A stretch of 64,000 nucleotides of DNA from Thermoproteota archaeon (GTDB lineage Archaea > Asgardarchaeota > Njordarchaeia > Njordarchaeales > Panguiarchaeaceae): the NCBI GenBank assembly GCA_024720975.1, contig JANJXX010000005.1, positions 1 through 64,000 on the forward strand, in the 5' to 3' direction. Below the pieces are notes generated by a model, which did not search any database, had not been told where the DNA came from, and saw only the letters and a program-made list of their open reading frames with translations. Shown here piece by piece: positions 9,471-19,985 of this stretch (position 1 is its first letter; each line of letters starts with the position of its first letter). Position numbers and translations under genes: made by a program.

Positions 9471-11162
9471 ATGAAAAAAAGCATGGTTGGATTTTTAATT
9501 CTACTAACAATGCTCGCATTACTGCTCACACTAGCATATAGTTTTGAATACGTTGGTGTAGCCAGGGTTTCATCTATAACAATTGAAAACGGCGGGACTT
9601 TAATCATAGCGGCTAAAGTATGGGAACCGGTTGGCACTAGGCTTGGAACTGTCGTTCTGATACACGGTGCTCTGGCCTCAAAAGAAATGCTTCATCCTCT
9701 AGCATCGGATCTAACGAGAGCCGGTTGGCGTGTGGTTTTATTCGATCAACCCGGACATGGAGGGACCACAGGAGGGTACTTTATAAGCTCAGGCGAGCTA
9801 GTCAACACGACGTTAGCATTAAAGAAAGTTCTCAATCAAACAACTGAGTATCGCAAAATGATAATTGATTATCTGCGACGAGAAACAGATTCGAATGAAA
9901 CCGTAATTTTTGGTGGGCATTCCCTAGGTGCTTTTCTAGCCATATTACTAGCTGTTGAAGCTCAAAATGAATTTAATGTTCTTGCAACAATTGCTATAGC
10001 CCCTCCATATTTTCCAGGTTTGGTAAATTCCTCAGTTCCAAGGAATCTTCTCATATGTCTTGGAGAACATGATGAGTTTATAAAATTTGATGCCGTTAGA
10101 ATGTATCTTGATCCCACAAACTCATCTGACATACGAGCGAATAGGATCTACGGATCTTTTGAAAATGGAACAGCCAGGATGATATTCGTATCTAAATTCT
10201 CGGACCACATCCTAGAGGTCTACGATCCGGCCATTATTTCGAGAGTTCTAGAGTGGATAGATAATGCTAGAGGCATCTCTGGTGTAAGATACGTGAATCT
10301 AGGAACTTTCATCGCCGCTCTTAAAGCAATAGCAGGCCTTACAGGCATAGCACTTGTATCGCTCATACCGCTTCCTATTGCTGAAAAACTGGGAATGATC
10401 TCCGGAGGAAAGCGATTTCCGATCGGAAAGCATGTAAAAGTTGTAATCATAGCTAGCATTATCGTGTGGCCTCTTCTAACAGTGGTATTGTTGATGTCGT
10501 TCCTAAGTGGAATAGTATACATCGCTGGAAGCATCGGATATATCGTGCCCATACTCGTTGGTGGATATCTATTCGTGGCAATAGTAGCTATAATATTCTC
10601 TTCGAGTGTTATTTCAAAGTCAAATATCAAAGATCACTTCAAAAAGGTTTTACTCTCATTGAAAAGCGATTTCTACCGAGGGACTTTCCTAGGAGTCATC
10701 GAAGGCATACTCTACGTTTTACTGCTACATTTAACTTATGGTTCAATTGCAATTCCAGTAATTCCGCAGACAGTAGGTCGTATGATTATAGCCATACCTA
10801 CAGCTTTCATGATATTCTGGTATTTCATATTCCATGAGTATTTTTACCGAGCGCAAATACAAGAAATTTTAGGAGGGAGAAGATTCTCAGCAGCGACTTT
10901 GTCCATATTAATATCACTGACTTCCAAAATTGTAGTAATAGTTGTGATAATCATCATGATGTACTTAATATACCCCGTGGCGACATTTACAATTATAATA
11001 GCCTTGTCAATGGTGTTGATAGCGCTTTTAACAGAGGGTCTCTCTGCCGCTAGTTACTATGCAACTCGTGAGATTTACCCCCATGCGCTAGCAAGTGCTA
11101 TAATCTGGGCATCTATTGCGACAGCAGCATTTCCAACGGCATGGCTTGCAGTTACTTTATAA
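9471..11162 (+). CDS. Exported alpha/beta hydrolase fused to C-terminal multi-TM domain
   Basis: Signal peptide, LIHG, FDQPGHG, GHSLG nucleophile elbow, DH; about 8 TM helices at the C-terminus. Confidence 0.8.
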   Translation: MKKSMVGFLILLTMLALLLTLAYSFEYVGVARVSSITIENGGTLIIAAKVWEPVGTRLGTVVLIHGALASKEMLHPLASDLTRAGWRVVLFDQPGHGGTTGGYFISSGELVNTTLALKKVLNQTTEYRKMIIDYLRRETDSNETVIFGGHSLGAFLAILLAVEAQNEFNVLATIAIAPPYFPGLVNSSVPRNLLICLGEHDEFIKFDAVRMYLDPTNSSDIRANRIYGSFENGTARMIFVSKFSDHILEVYDPAIISRVLEWIDNARGISGVRYVNLGTFIAALKAIAGLTGIALVSLIPLPIAEKLGMISGGKRFPIGKHVKVVIIASIIVWPLLTVVLLMSFLSGIVYIAGSIGYIVPILVGGYLFVAIVAIIFSSSVISKSNIKDHFKKVLLSLKSDFYRGTFLGVIEGILYVLLLHLTYGSIAIPVIPQTVGRMIIAIPTAFMIFWYFIFHEYFYRAQIQEILGGRRFSAATLSILISLTSKIVVIVVIIIMMYLIYPVATFTIIIALSMVLIALLTEGLSAASYYATREIYPHALASAIIWASIATAAFPTAWLAVTL

Positions 11163-11206
11163 TTAACAATAAACTCCTCTTTATGAGTTTTTGATTACAC
11201 TTAGAG

Positions 11207-11641
11207 GTGATTAACTTGATTCCAAAAGAACTTCTAGATGAATTAGCTGGAGCTTTTTATGAAAGAAAACTGTCCAGGCTCGAGAATGTAGAATTGGTTC
11301 TTTGGATATGTTGGCTGGATAGGACTTCTCTTAGAGAGCTTAGAATAATAAGCGCAGAAGAGGATTTTAAGGTCATTTGTGTTCATGGAGTTAAAGTTGT
11401 GATCGATGGAAAGGAATTTTTAGACGCGATGACTGCAATTGAACTAACCGAAAAATATTATGTGAGTTTAAATTCAGCGACAAAAGATGACTGGAAAATG
11501 TTTATTGAAAGAATAGTTGAAGAGGAGCACCCTCGCGTAATACCCGGCTACACTTTCAGAAAGCGTTTTGGTTTACCAGAATCGCTATCTTCCTTCGAGA
11601 TAAATGTACTAAGTATAGACCTCAGGGAAGAGAAGAAATGA
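11207..11641 (+). CDS. Hypothetical protein
   Basis: 144-aa ORF whose stop overlaps the next ATG (ATGA). Confidence 0.6.
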   Translation: MINLIPKELLDELAGAFYERKLSRLENVELVLWICWLDRTSLRELRIISAEEDFKVICVHGVKVVIDGKEFLDAMTAIELTEKYYVSLNSATKDDWKMFIERIVEEEHPRVIPGYTFRKRFGLPESLSSFEINVLSIDLREEKK

Positions 11642-12399
11642 CCAACATCTACATCGGAGTCTGTGCCTTCAAGAAGAAGTATTATAAAAGTGGCATAAAT
11701 TGCGTCGAAGTCCAACAAACCTTTTACAATATACCAATGGAAAAAACCTTGCAGAAGTGGAGAGAAGAAGCGCCTCCAGAATTCATTTTCAATGTGAAAG
11801 CCTTTCAGGGTTTAACACATGACATAAAATCTCCTACATGGAAGAGGTTTACTAAGAAACTAGATGAGCACCAAAAGAAACTGGTGGGTAATCTAAATCT
11901 CAATGAGCTTACTAAGGAATGGATTAACAAGCACATAAATTTCATGAGAATACTCAACGCACGAGTACTTTTGATTCAGACCCCAGCAAGCTTTAATCCT
12001 ACTAGTGAGAATATAAAGAAGGCTTTGAGATTTTTTGAGTATCTATCCGATAAGATTAAAGAGTCAAAGGCTGACTTCTGGATTGGTTGGGAGCCAAGAG
12101 GGGAGTGGATGAAAAATTTTCATAATTTGGATAATGTCTTCAGTAGTTTCAATAATATTACTCATGTGGTCGACATATTCTTTCATGAACCGATCACAGT
12201 GCGTAAGATCATGTACTTTCGGCTTCATGGAAAACCGTATCTAAACTATAGGTACAAATACTCCGACGAAGATTTCAAATTCCTGATTCAAAGGATAGAT
12301 AGTCTAAAAAAGACTTCAGATTCAATTTTCTTAATGTTTAATAATGTTTACATGGAGCAAGATGTCCTGAGATTTAAGAAATTTTTGGGTGTTAAATAA
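11638..12399 (+). CDS. DUF72 family protein
   Basis: VEVQQTFY, VKAFQGLTH, QTPASF, WEPRG, YFRLHG, FNN. Confidence 0.9.
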   Translation: MTNIYIGVCAFKKKYYKSGINCVEVQQTFYNIPMEKTLQKWREEAPPEFIFNVKAFQGLTHDIKSPTWKRFTKKLDEHQKKLVGNLNLNELTKEWINKHINFMRILNARVLLIQTPASFNPTSENIKKALRFFEYLSDKIKESKADFWIGWEPRGEWMKNFHNLDNVFSSFNNITHVVDIFFHEPITVRKIMYFRLHGKPYLNYRYKYSDEDFKFLIQRIDSLKKTSDSIFLMFNNVYMEQDVLRFKKFLGVK

Positions 12400-12973
12400 A
12401 TTGTTTGAGGGTGCACTATTCTCCTATGAAACCCATCCTAGAGATTTAACAGAGTCTGCGATATATCAAGTTGAAACGCTTCTCGGAAATCTCGCGAGTA
12501 TAATTCCTGATAGTGAAAAAGCTAAGCTTATTCCTAGACCCGGAGGGATAAATGGCTACATACTTCTGGACCTTCGCGAATGTTTGCAGAAACTTAATTT
12601 TGATGCAAGATTGGAAATTCGTGCGAAATTCATAGAATTCATCAAAAAAGCTTTTGATGAAGGAGCACTTCTTAGCATATTGAAGGTGCGAATTTTAGAT
12701 TTTATTGTTCCATTAGATCTCGAAAAAATAGTTGATGCTGCCAAATACTTGGCTCCCAAGATAAAAGGCACGTGGAAGCTTGAACCGAGAACGAGGAAGC
12801 TTATAGATAGGATGGAGCTTATAAAGAAAGTCGCGGAGGTAATCGATGAGCCCGTAGATCTCCAAAATCCTCGCTTCTCTCTTAACGTAGAAGTTCTCAG
12901 TAATGACCTTGTAGCAGTTTACCTTGTTGATAATACAAGAGAGCACGAAAGTATAATCAAACCTGGGTACTAG
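12389..12973 (+). CDS. THUMP domain protein
   Basis: C-terminal DRMELIKKVA...PVDLQNP...VEV. Confidence 0.7.
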   Translation: MLNKLFEGALFSYETHPRDLTESAIYQVETLLGNLASIIPDSEKAKLIPRPGGINGYILLDLRECLQKLNFDARLEIRAKFIEFIKKAFDEGALLSILKVRILDFIVPLDLEKIVDAAKYLAPKIKGTWKLEPRTRKLIDRMELIKKVAEVIDEPVDLQNPRFSLNVEVLSNDLVAVYLVDNTREHESIIKPGY

Positions 12974-13917
12974 ATCAAATACTTAAATAAAACTATAAGC
13001 GCCACGGCGGAAAGTATAGGAATTGGTAGAGCTGGTAAAGCCTCAGCCTCTAATTTGAATAACAAAACTTCAGTGATAACTACTCCTAATATTATCATGA
13101 TGCAAATAATGAGAGTCTCAAGTGGGCTGAGAACGGCAAATGAGTAGCCGACAGCAAAGCTATAGAAGAAAATGTCTCCCAAACCCATTGCGGAACCGAA
13201 TTTGGGTTCATACTCGGATTCTACTATGTCTTGACGCAAACTTTTAGCTAACTCTTTGAGTGGTCCTCTGAGAACACTATACAAGTCGTATAAGGCAAAA
13301 CCTAAGAGTAAAACTATGGGGGTTAGCTCGCCAAGGCTCCAACTAAGCCAGACGCCAACCCAACTTGCAGTGAGGACGAGAATGATATTTCTAAGTTGCA
13401 GAAGAGTTCCTCTCACGCAGGAAATTATGTATATCATAGTGGAAACTGCCGAGAGTGATACTGAGAGCATAATGAGATAGGTAATGGTTGCTTGATTGAA
13501 TTCCGAAAAGCCGGCTACGCTTGCAAGTGCATAAGCGCCCATCACAAAGCTCATGTTAAGCGTCATTATGAATATTATATATGACATTAAAACGACTAGG
13601 ATATTTCTCAGGAGAATTATTTTGCCGCGCTTTACTAAGAATACTAGTAGGAATGTGATTAAGACAACAATAAGGAGGAAGTAAAGCAGGTTCAAGACCG
13701 CTGCGAACGCTCCGAGCTCAGATTCTCCCACAGGTGCTGCGCTTTCACTTATTTCGAGCTGTAGAAAATACTTCAAGATGCTTGAGGTAAATATAGCAAA
13801 AGTCACTGATGATATAGTGAGTATACCCACAACCGTCAGAACTTTTTTCTGCTTTCGTTCAATCGGAAAGATAAGCATTGGAAGTGCTAATGAGAGCTTT
13901 TCGATATCACTGCTCAT
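12970..13917 (-). CDS. Presenilin-like GxGD intramembrane aspartyl protease
   Basis: LYDLYSV, MGLGD, PALP motifs; about 9 TM. Confidence 0.9.
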   Translation of the reverse strand: MSSDIEKLSLALPMLIFPIERKQKKVLTVVGILTISSVTFAIFTSSILKYFLQLEISESAAPVGESELGAFAAVLNLLYFLLIVVLITFLLVFLVKRGKIILLRNILVVLMSYIIFIMTLNMSFVMGAYALASVAGFSEFNQATITYLIMLSVSLSAVSTMIYIISCVRGTLLQLRNIILVLTASWVGVWLSWSLGELTPIVLLLGFALYDLYSVLRGPLKELAKSLRQDIVESEYEPKFGSAMGLGDIFFYSFAVGYSFAVLSPLETLIICIMIILGVVITEVLLFKLEAEALPALPIPILSAVALIVLFKYLI

Positions 13918-14214
13918 TGTTGTTCCCTATGATTACAAAGATAGTCTTAGACAATATGTTGTACTTAATTAATTAAGCCGGTCAGAAAATTTCAATTTTA
14001 TTCTTAGTTTTAGTTTAGTCTGCGGCACTTGGCAATCTATTTTAAGAGCTTCATTAAACCATGGGGCAATCTTTTAGGAACTCAAAGTTGCTCACATCCA
14101 AGTCAATATCAATAAACAGATAATTACAAATTTGCCTGTTCGATTTTCCGACAAACATACTTGATAATATTAAAAGGCATTAAACTTTTTCTAGTTTTAG
14201 AGCTGGTGACAATA

Positions 14215-14580
14215 ATGGATGAAAAAGTATGGGCTGAATTTCTATCAGCTCTAATGAGATATGCATCACAAATATTCTCAAGCATCGAGGAATTTAAGAA
14301 TGGAAAATTAACCGTTGAAGCCGAGGGTAAATCATCGATAAAAATAGCCATATGGAAAAATGCAAGGGGAGACTTAAGATTGCATTTCGAATTTCTTCCG
14401 ACTATGCACATAGAAAGTGCAATGAACGAGCAGAAGCAAGTTGAGGAAAAGGAACCAAAACCAGTTAGCGAGAGAAAATCTGAGATTCTTCCAATAACAA
14501 AAGAGAAGACCCCTACTGAAGTCTCGGAAGAGCTGAAAGATCTGGAGGAATTCTTTAGTAGAGTCGAAAGCACGGAATAG
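14215..14580 (+). CDS. Hypothetical protein with acidic low-complexity C-terminus
   Basis: ATG 14215 preceded by GGTGA. Confidence 0.6.
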   Translation: MDEKVWAEFLSALMRYASQIFSSIEEFKNGKLTVEAEGKSSIKIAIWKNARGDLRLHFEFLPTMHIESAMNEQKQVEEKEPKPVSERKSEILPITKEKTPTEVSEELKDLEEFFSRVESTE

Positions 14581-14617
14581 AGCAGTATTTTTAATTAATT
14601 TCTAGGATATCTTTTAT

Positions 14618-14977
14618 CTAGCTTCGCTCAGCTTGAGCTATGTACTCGTACAAGTATATGCCTGGCCCTGCAGATTCCAGCCTCCTCAAGAATCCTAGCC
14701 TTGTAAGTTCCTCAAGGAACTTTCTACATGTTGAGACTTTTACTTTAAACCTTTCAGCTAGATTGTTAGGAGAAACAACACGCGTTTTTTCTATGAAGTC
14801 AACCATGCTTTCTAGTGTCTTTTCATCCATAAATGTCGTACGAACTATTAGCTTCCACTCTTTAGCTTTTCCAAAACGAACCTTACGAACGAGTCCTTCT
14901 AGCCAGTCACCAGTTGATGCTTTCTTGAGGACTTTCCTTACAACCTTACCATATATAGGCAACTCCTTTTCACCCAA
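14618..14977 (-). CDS. rps25e: 30S ribosomal protein eS25
   Basis: Basic N-terminus and VSPNNLAERFKVKVSTCRKFLEEL wHTH, with IYLY at the end. Confidence 0.75.
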   Translation of the reverse strand: MGEKELPIYGKVVRKVLKKASTGDWLEGLVRKVRFGKAKEWKLIVRTTFMDEKTLESMVDFIEKTRVVSPNNLAERFKVKVSTCRKFLEELTRLGFLRRLESAGPGIYLYEYIAQAERS

Positions 14978-15037
14978 ATTAAGCTACTTGGAATATCTCG
15001 TTGAGTGATTGATAATATTAAATAAAAACAATAAGGT

Positions 15038-16180
15038 TTACTCTCGTCTCAGCTCTACGTGTCGGAAGCGTGAGACAGTTTCTTCGCTCCCGACGCACCT
15101 ATTAATTATCACTTCATTTATCGTTGAAACGCTTTCTACGATATCAATAAGTCTTGAGATTAACCGTGTTAAGTAGACTAGTAACTTTTTATCGGAGATT
15201 TTTTCGGCAAGCATTAAGCTAACATTTCGAAGTTCCTGCCTGAGTGTGGATGCATCATCTAAGTTATCACTGGCTCTAATCGGGTCCAAAGCATGCAAGG
15301 CATATATCGAGTGGCTAATTAAATCCTCACAGCGGTCTATTGCTTTCATGATGATATCAATAGCATCTTCTGGAATCTTGTCGAAATTTTGGGTTAGCTC
15401 CGTAAGATCCTGTGCGACCTCATAAGCATAATCTCCAGACAATTCAAGCGCCCTAATGATTGCACGATTTCCAATTATGTGACCAGGATTGCGGAATCCG
15501 AGATTAATGGCAAGTCCTCTGTTGACTTGCGAAGCGATGAGAATTCGCAAAGCCCATAGATAGTCCCTGTCAACGTCATTTTCCATCCTCTCAATATTTT
15601 TAAGCAGCTCTGGTTTGCCATTAATCGCTCTTTTGATATAGGCTATCATACTAAGGAGACTAGCTGAGAGTCGAATGATAAGATTTGTAAAGTCTGTTTC
15701 GAAATTTTGCTGAAATTCGAATTCAATAGCATCTGGATGTATTATATGTCGGGCACCTACAAACTTTTGGGAGATTTCTACTAGTCGTTTGAACTTAGGA
15801 TCCTTGGGATTGCCTGTTTTGAATATTGCTTTTTGAACCCCTTCCAAGTATGCGCCAACTAGTATTCGTTCTAGAATTCTTGGATTTTGTATGCTATCGG
15901 CATTAACCTCCAAAACTAGGGATATTCTAGGGGCTGTTTCGGTTGTCATTGGGTATAACGCCAGGGAACCGTCTTGGTTTGTTACTAGTAATACCTTGTC
16001 TCCTCTTCTAAGTCCCATCAACCGCAGCCAATCATGTGGAAGCGTTACAACATAACTGCTTTTTCCGAGTCTCAAAATCGAACGTAAGCTAGAGCTTCTT
16101 CGTACACGTTCCCCTGCATGTTCGCTAGACAATTTAATCACTATACTTAAACTGGTAATTATCGACATATATACATACAA
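15038..16180 (-). CDS. Phosphate uptake regulator (AbrB + PhoU domains)
   Basis: LGKSSYVVTLPHDW AbrB motif; ENDVDR and LELSGDYA PhoU repeats. True start probably slightly downstream. Confidence 0.85.
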   Translation of the reverse strand: MYVYMSIITSLSIVIKLSSEHAGERVRRSSSLRSILRLGKSSYVVTLPHDWLRLMGLRRGDKVLLVTNQDGSLALYPMTTETAPRISLVLEVNADSIQNPRILERILVGAYLEGVQKAIFKTGNPKDPKFKRLVEISQKFVGARHIIHPDAIEFEFQQNFETDFTNLIIRLSASLLSMIAYIKRAINGKPELLKNIERMENDVDRDYLWALRILIASQVNRGLAINLGFRNPGHIIGNRAIIRALELSGDYAYEVAQDLTELTQNFDKIPEDAIDIIMKAIDRCEDLISHSIYALHALDPIRASDNLDDASTLRQELRNVSLMLAEKISDKKLLVYLTRLISRLIDIVESVSTINEVIINRCVGSEETVSRFRHVELRRE

Positions 16181-16277
16181 ATAGTTTGCTTTAATATAAA
16201 TACCTCACAAGAATCTACGATTGCATGTGACTTTACCCTTATTAATGCATTTTTCTGAAGGTATTCCGGTGAGTTTA

Positions 16278-17300
16278 ATGGTCGCACGTGTATTCGTAAA
16301 TGGGTTTGGTACAATTGGTAAACGTGTAGCCATAGCAGTAATGAAGCAAGGGGATATGAAACTTCTTGGTGTGGGAAAGAGGACGCCGGACTTCAAAACC
16401 ATTATCGCGGAGAAGTTAAATATACCCATTTTCGTAGAGAACGAGGAACAGGAAAGAAAATTTGAAGAGTTAGGATTCAAGATTGCTGGTCAAGTAAATG
16501 AAGCCTTGGAAGAGGCCGATATTGTTGTTGATGCTTCTCCAGAGGGTATGGGAGAAAAGAATAAGGCAATATACCAACAGTATAATAAAAGGGCAATATT
16601 TCAAGGTGGAGAAAAGGCATCAATTGCAGAAGTTAGCTTTGTGGCTCAGGTCAACTACGAGAAAGCTCTCGGAAAGAAATACATAAGGGTAGTTTCATGT
16701 AATACAACTGCACTTGCACGCGTGATACATGCTCTTCGCAATTTAGCTGGAATCAAAAGGGTTAGAACCCTACTGATACGCAGAGCTGCTGATCCATGGG
16801 AAACGAAGAAAGGGCCTATAAATGCTATCGTACCAACATTTCAAATACCTAGTCATCACGCACCTGACGTAAAAACTGTCTTAGGTGAGTTAGATATATT
16901 ATCCATCGCAGTCGTAGTCCCAACAACATTAATGCATCTACACGTTCTAAATGTGGAATTCGAGGGAAATGTTAGCGAGGAGGATGTGTTAAATGCGATG
17001 GAGGAAGCCCCCCGAATTTTAGTTATTCCAGTTGATTTAGAGTTAGACTCCACGGCGAGCATTATAGAATTTGCTAGAGATCTGGGTCGACCAAGGAATG
17101 ACCTGTATGAGGTTGCAGTATTTGATAAAAGTGTGAAGGTGGCTAATGGAGAACTATGGATGAGCTATGCGGTCCATCAGGAGGCAATCGTTGTTCCTGA
17201 AAATATTGATGCTATTCGGTCAGCATTAAAATTGGCTATTTCGGCAGATGAGAGTATAAGGAAAACGGATGATAGTCTAGGTATATTAAGAAGGTTATAG
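16278..17300 (+). CDS. gap: Glyceraldehyde-3-phosphate dehydrogenase, archaeal type II
   Basis: NGFGTIGKRVA, VVSCNTT, SHHAPDV, HQEAIVVPENIDAIR. Confidence 0.96.
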   Translation: MVARVFVNGFGTIGKRVAIAVMKQGDMKLLGVGKRTPDFKTIIAEKLNIPIFVENEEQERKFEELGFKIAGQVNEALEEADIVVDASPEGMGEKNKAIYQQYNKRAIFQGGEKASIAEVSFVAQVNYEKALGKKYIRVVSCNTTALARVIHALRNLAGIKRVRTLLIRRAADPWETKKGPINAIVPTFQIPSHHAPDVKTVLGELDILSIAVVVPTTLMHLHVLNVEFEGNVSEEDVLNAMEEAPRILVIPVDLELDSTASIIEFARDLGRPRNDLYEVAVFDKSVKVANGELWMSYAVHQEAIVVPENIDAIRSALKLAISADESIRKTDDSLGILRRL

Positions 17301-17302
17301 AT

Positions 17303-17569
17303 ATGAGCAACATTATGAAGTTAGTGACACTTGGTTTTCTTCCACCAGACTTGAAATGGGAAGATATAGAGCTTACAATTTACTATAAGATTTGGGAGTA
17401 CTTTCGCGTAGTTTGCATACACGCTCAATACAGCCTGAATGATCTAAATAATATTCAATGTAAAAAAATTGAGAAGCGCTGCGATTTTGATGCGTGTCCT
17501 GTTGTTACCAGAGCACTTACGATGTACCAACAGGCACTAAAATATGCCGCAGTGGAAAGACGCGACTAG
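17303..17569 (+). CDS. Small Cys-rich hypothetical protein (possible Zn finger)
   Basis: CIH...C-x6-C-x4-CP. Confidence 0.6.
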   Translation: MSNIMKLVTLGFLPPDLKWEDIELTIYYKIWEYFRVVCIHAQYSLNDLNNIQCKKIEKRCDFDACPVVTRALTMYQQALKYAAVERRD

Positions 17570-17617
17570 ACTTTTTATCAATTATTCTTGCATAAATGTA
17601 GTCGATGGGATGTTCAA

Positions 17618-18253
17618 ATGACAAGAAGAACATGTACATTGATTATCATAACATTACTACTTACAGTCTATTCAGTGGTGCTGTTCGACGCACAGAGTTT
17701 AAGAACATCAACGATACATTCACAAATGGAACTTCACGCTGCAAGAGTTTTGAACGCAACTGTGGTTAGTCGTAATGAGGCCGTACAAATATACACGGTG
17801 ATAAATAACCCTGAGACATGGACGCTGCACAATATGACCGGGTATTTTATAATACGTCCCGCTGTTAAGCTCATAATTGTTGATGTCTTGAATATAACAA
17901 ATATCTCCACGACAAGATACGAGTTTGTGCTCGAGGAGTATGTTAATATAACATTTGAGATTGTATCCGTTAAACCACAAGAAAAGTTCATCCATTGGGT
18001 TATCGTGCGATTTGGAGCAGAAGGAATATATAACATAATTTCTGGTGAGATTAGCGGCGTAAGAACGAAGGGTGAGCTAAAGGAGGAGTTCACGCTTAGC
18101 GTCAACAATGCAAGTATAAAGGTTACAGGCCGTACAGAAAGGTATCCCCCTGAAGGTACTAAAGACGCAACTTTACTGGTGATATTATCGACGATATGTC
18201 TGCCCCTGGTACTTATTGGAAGTATTGGTAAAATCTCTAGGAGACACGGGTGA
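17618..18253 (+). CDS. Signal peptide + Ig-like domain + C-terminal TM anchor; TRAP-beta/BatD-like
   Basis: Type I membrane topology; pattern resembles TRAP-beta (see findings). Confidence 0.55.
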   Translation: MTRRTCTLIIITLLLTVYSVVLFDAQSLRTSTIHSQMELHAARVLNATVVSRNEAVQIYTVINNPETWTLHNMTGYFIIRPAVKLIIVDVLNITNISTTRYEFVLEEYVNITFEIVSVKPQEKFIHWVIVRFGAEGIYNIISGEISGVRTKGELKEEFTLSVNNASIKVTGRTERYPPEGTKDATLLVILSTICLPLVLIGSIGKISRRHG

Positions 18254-19227
18254 AACAAATGCGTGCGATAGTTACTGGGGGAGCTGGCTTCATAGGCTCG
18301 CACATAGTAGATGCTCTAATGCAAGACAAGCGTTTTGAAGAAGTTATAGTGATAGATAATTTATCCTCTGGAGCCTATGAGAACATTATGCATTGGGAGA
18401 ATGATGAGAGATTCCACTTTGCTAGAATGGATCTCACTAATATCGATGAAATTGCCGGAATTTTTAAGAATGTAGATGTGGTATTTCATTTCGCAGCTGA
18501 GTCAAGTGTCAAGATTGGCTCAGAATATCCAGAAAAAATGTGGCGCTGTAATGTTGTTGCAACATTCAACGTTCTAGAGGCAATGCGGCTAAATAATGTG
18601 AAGAATATAGTCTATGCATCATCATCAACTGTTTATGGCGATCAAGTGAAAATTCCGACTCCAGAAGAGGCTATATTGCAACCGATATCTATGTACGGGG
18701 CATCAAAATTAGCAGGGGAGGCACTAATTCTAGGATATGCAAATACCTTCAAAATGCGCGGTTTAATACTAAGGTATGCAAATATTACCGGTCCACGTAT
18801 GAGGCGAGGCGTTGTGTACGACTTCGTTGTTAAGTTGCTTAAAAATCCAAATGAGCTCGAGATTCTTGGGGATGGAACTCAAAGAAAAAGTTACCTACAT
18901 GTAAGTGATGCTGTAAGTGCAACAATGTTTCTCTTTGATAAGTTTCTTAATGCGAGTAGCCGCTTTGAGATATATAACGTTGGGAACATAGATTGGATAA
19001 CCGTAAAGGAGATAGCCGATATCGTATCAGAAGTCCTTGGAGTTCATCCTGAGTATAAGTTCACTGGTGGCGTTGAAAGCGGAAGAGGTTGGATTGGTGA
19101 TGTAAAACTAATGTTACTAGATATATCGAAACTCAGAAGTAAGGGCTGGCAGCCAACTATGAATTCTCACGAAGCAGTAAGGCAGAGTGCCAAAGAGGTA
19201 TACAAGGAAGTAAAGGACAAGATTTAG
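18250..19227 (+). CDS. NAD-dependent epimerase/dehydratase (GalE-like)
   Basis: TGGAGFIGSH, ASSSTVYG, YGASK, LRYAN. Confidence 0.92.
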   Translation: MKQMRAIVTGGAGFIGSHIVDALMQDKRFEEVIVIDNLSSGAYENIMHWENDERFHFARMDLTNIDEIAGIFKNVDVVFHFAAESSVKIGSEYPEKMWRCNVVATFNVLEAMRLNNVKNIVYASSSTVYGDQVKIPTPEEAILQPISMYGASKLAGEALILGYANTFKMRGLILRYANITGPRMRRGVVYDFVVKLLKNPNELEILGDGTQRKSYLHVSDAVSATMFLFDKFLNASSRFEIYNVGNIDWITVKEIADIVSEVLGVHPEYKFTGGVESGRGWIGDVKLMLLDISKLRSKGWQPTMNSHEAVRQSAKEVYKEVKDKI

Positions 19228-19985
19228 ATAAGGCCTAGGATTTTAAGGTACTCAATACTCTTATCTAAAGCATTTTCATCTCTGGGTTCTATCGTAATGT
19301 ACAGCTCATTCAGACTTATACCATTCTCCTCAAGTTTTGAGAATACATGCCCCCAATCAATTAGGCCAGATCCTACGGCCAAATGTTCATCACTTCCAGG
19401 GCGAGTTTCATGTACGTGCAGCTCCTTAATGTAACTCGAGAGCTTAGAGATCCATGTCTCTAATGGAACATTTGAGTATGCTATTGCGTGACCAACATCA
19501 AGCGTGAATCCAAATAAGTCGCTTTGTAGCATTCTAAAAACCTTGTGAAAGATTTCAGGGTCTCGTTCGTATGCATTTTCAAGGTAGATTTTTATCTTCT
19601 GCTGCAACAGTTCCTCAAGAACCTCGACGGAGTTCTCTATCCAAGCCTTCTTAAAGTATTTATGCATATTTTCAACGTAATTAAGATGAACCACGACATA
19701 AGTAGCCCTTATGTCAGATGCCAGCTTTATGGTCTCGAGAAGCCGCATCTTTGTAACTTGTCTTATTGCCGGATCTAACGAACCCAGGAGCATGTCATGA
19801 GGGGGCGCGTGAACAGCCACGTCAATTTTTTCTCTAAAATCTTTGATAAGCTTAACGGTGTTAGAGTTTAATTCCATAAGCCTGTTTGCCGTTAGACCTA
19901 ACAAGCAGTTTAATCCTCTGTCCTTAGAAATGGAAAGTTGTTTTTCTACTGGATATTGGAATAGGTGTACATATGGTGTTTTCAA
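19224..19985 (-). CDS. Sugar phosphate isomerase/AP endonuclease family 2 TIM barrel
   Basis: VHAP, LEN, LDVGHA, LHVHE, DEHL, TIE. Confidence 0.85.
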   Translation of the reverse strand: MKTPYVHLFQYPVEKQLSISKDRGLNCLLGLTANRLMELNSNTVKLIKDFREKIDVAVHAPPHDMLLGSLDPAIRQVTKMRLLETIKLASDIRATYVVVHLNYVENMHKYFKKAWIENSVEVLEELLQQKIKIYLENAYERDPEIFHKVFRMLQSDLFGFTLDVGHAIAYSNVPLETWISKLSSYIKELHVHETRPGSDEHLAVGSGLIDWGHVFSKLEENGISLNELYITIEPRDENALDKSIEYLKILGLI

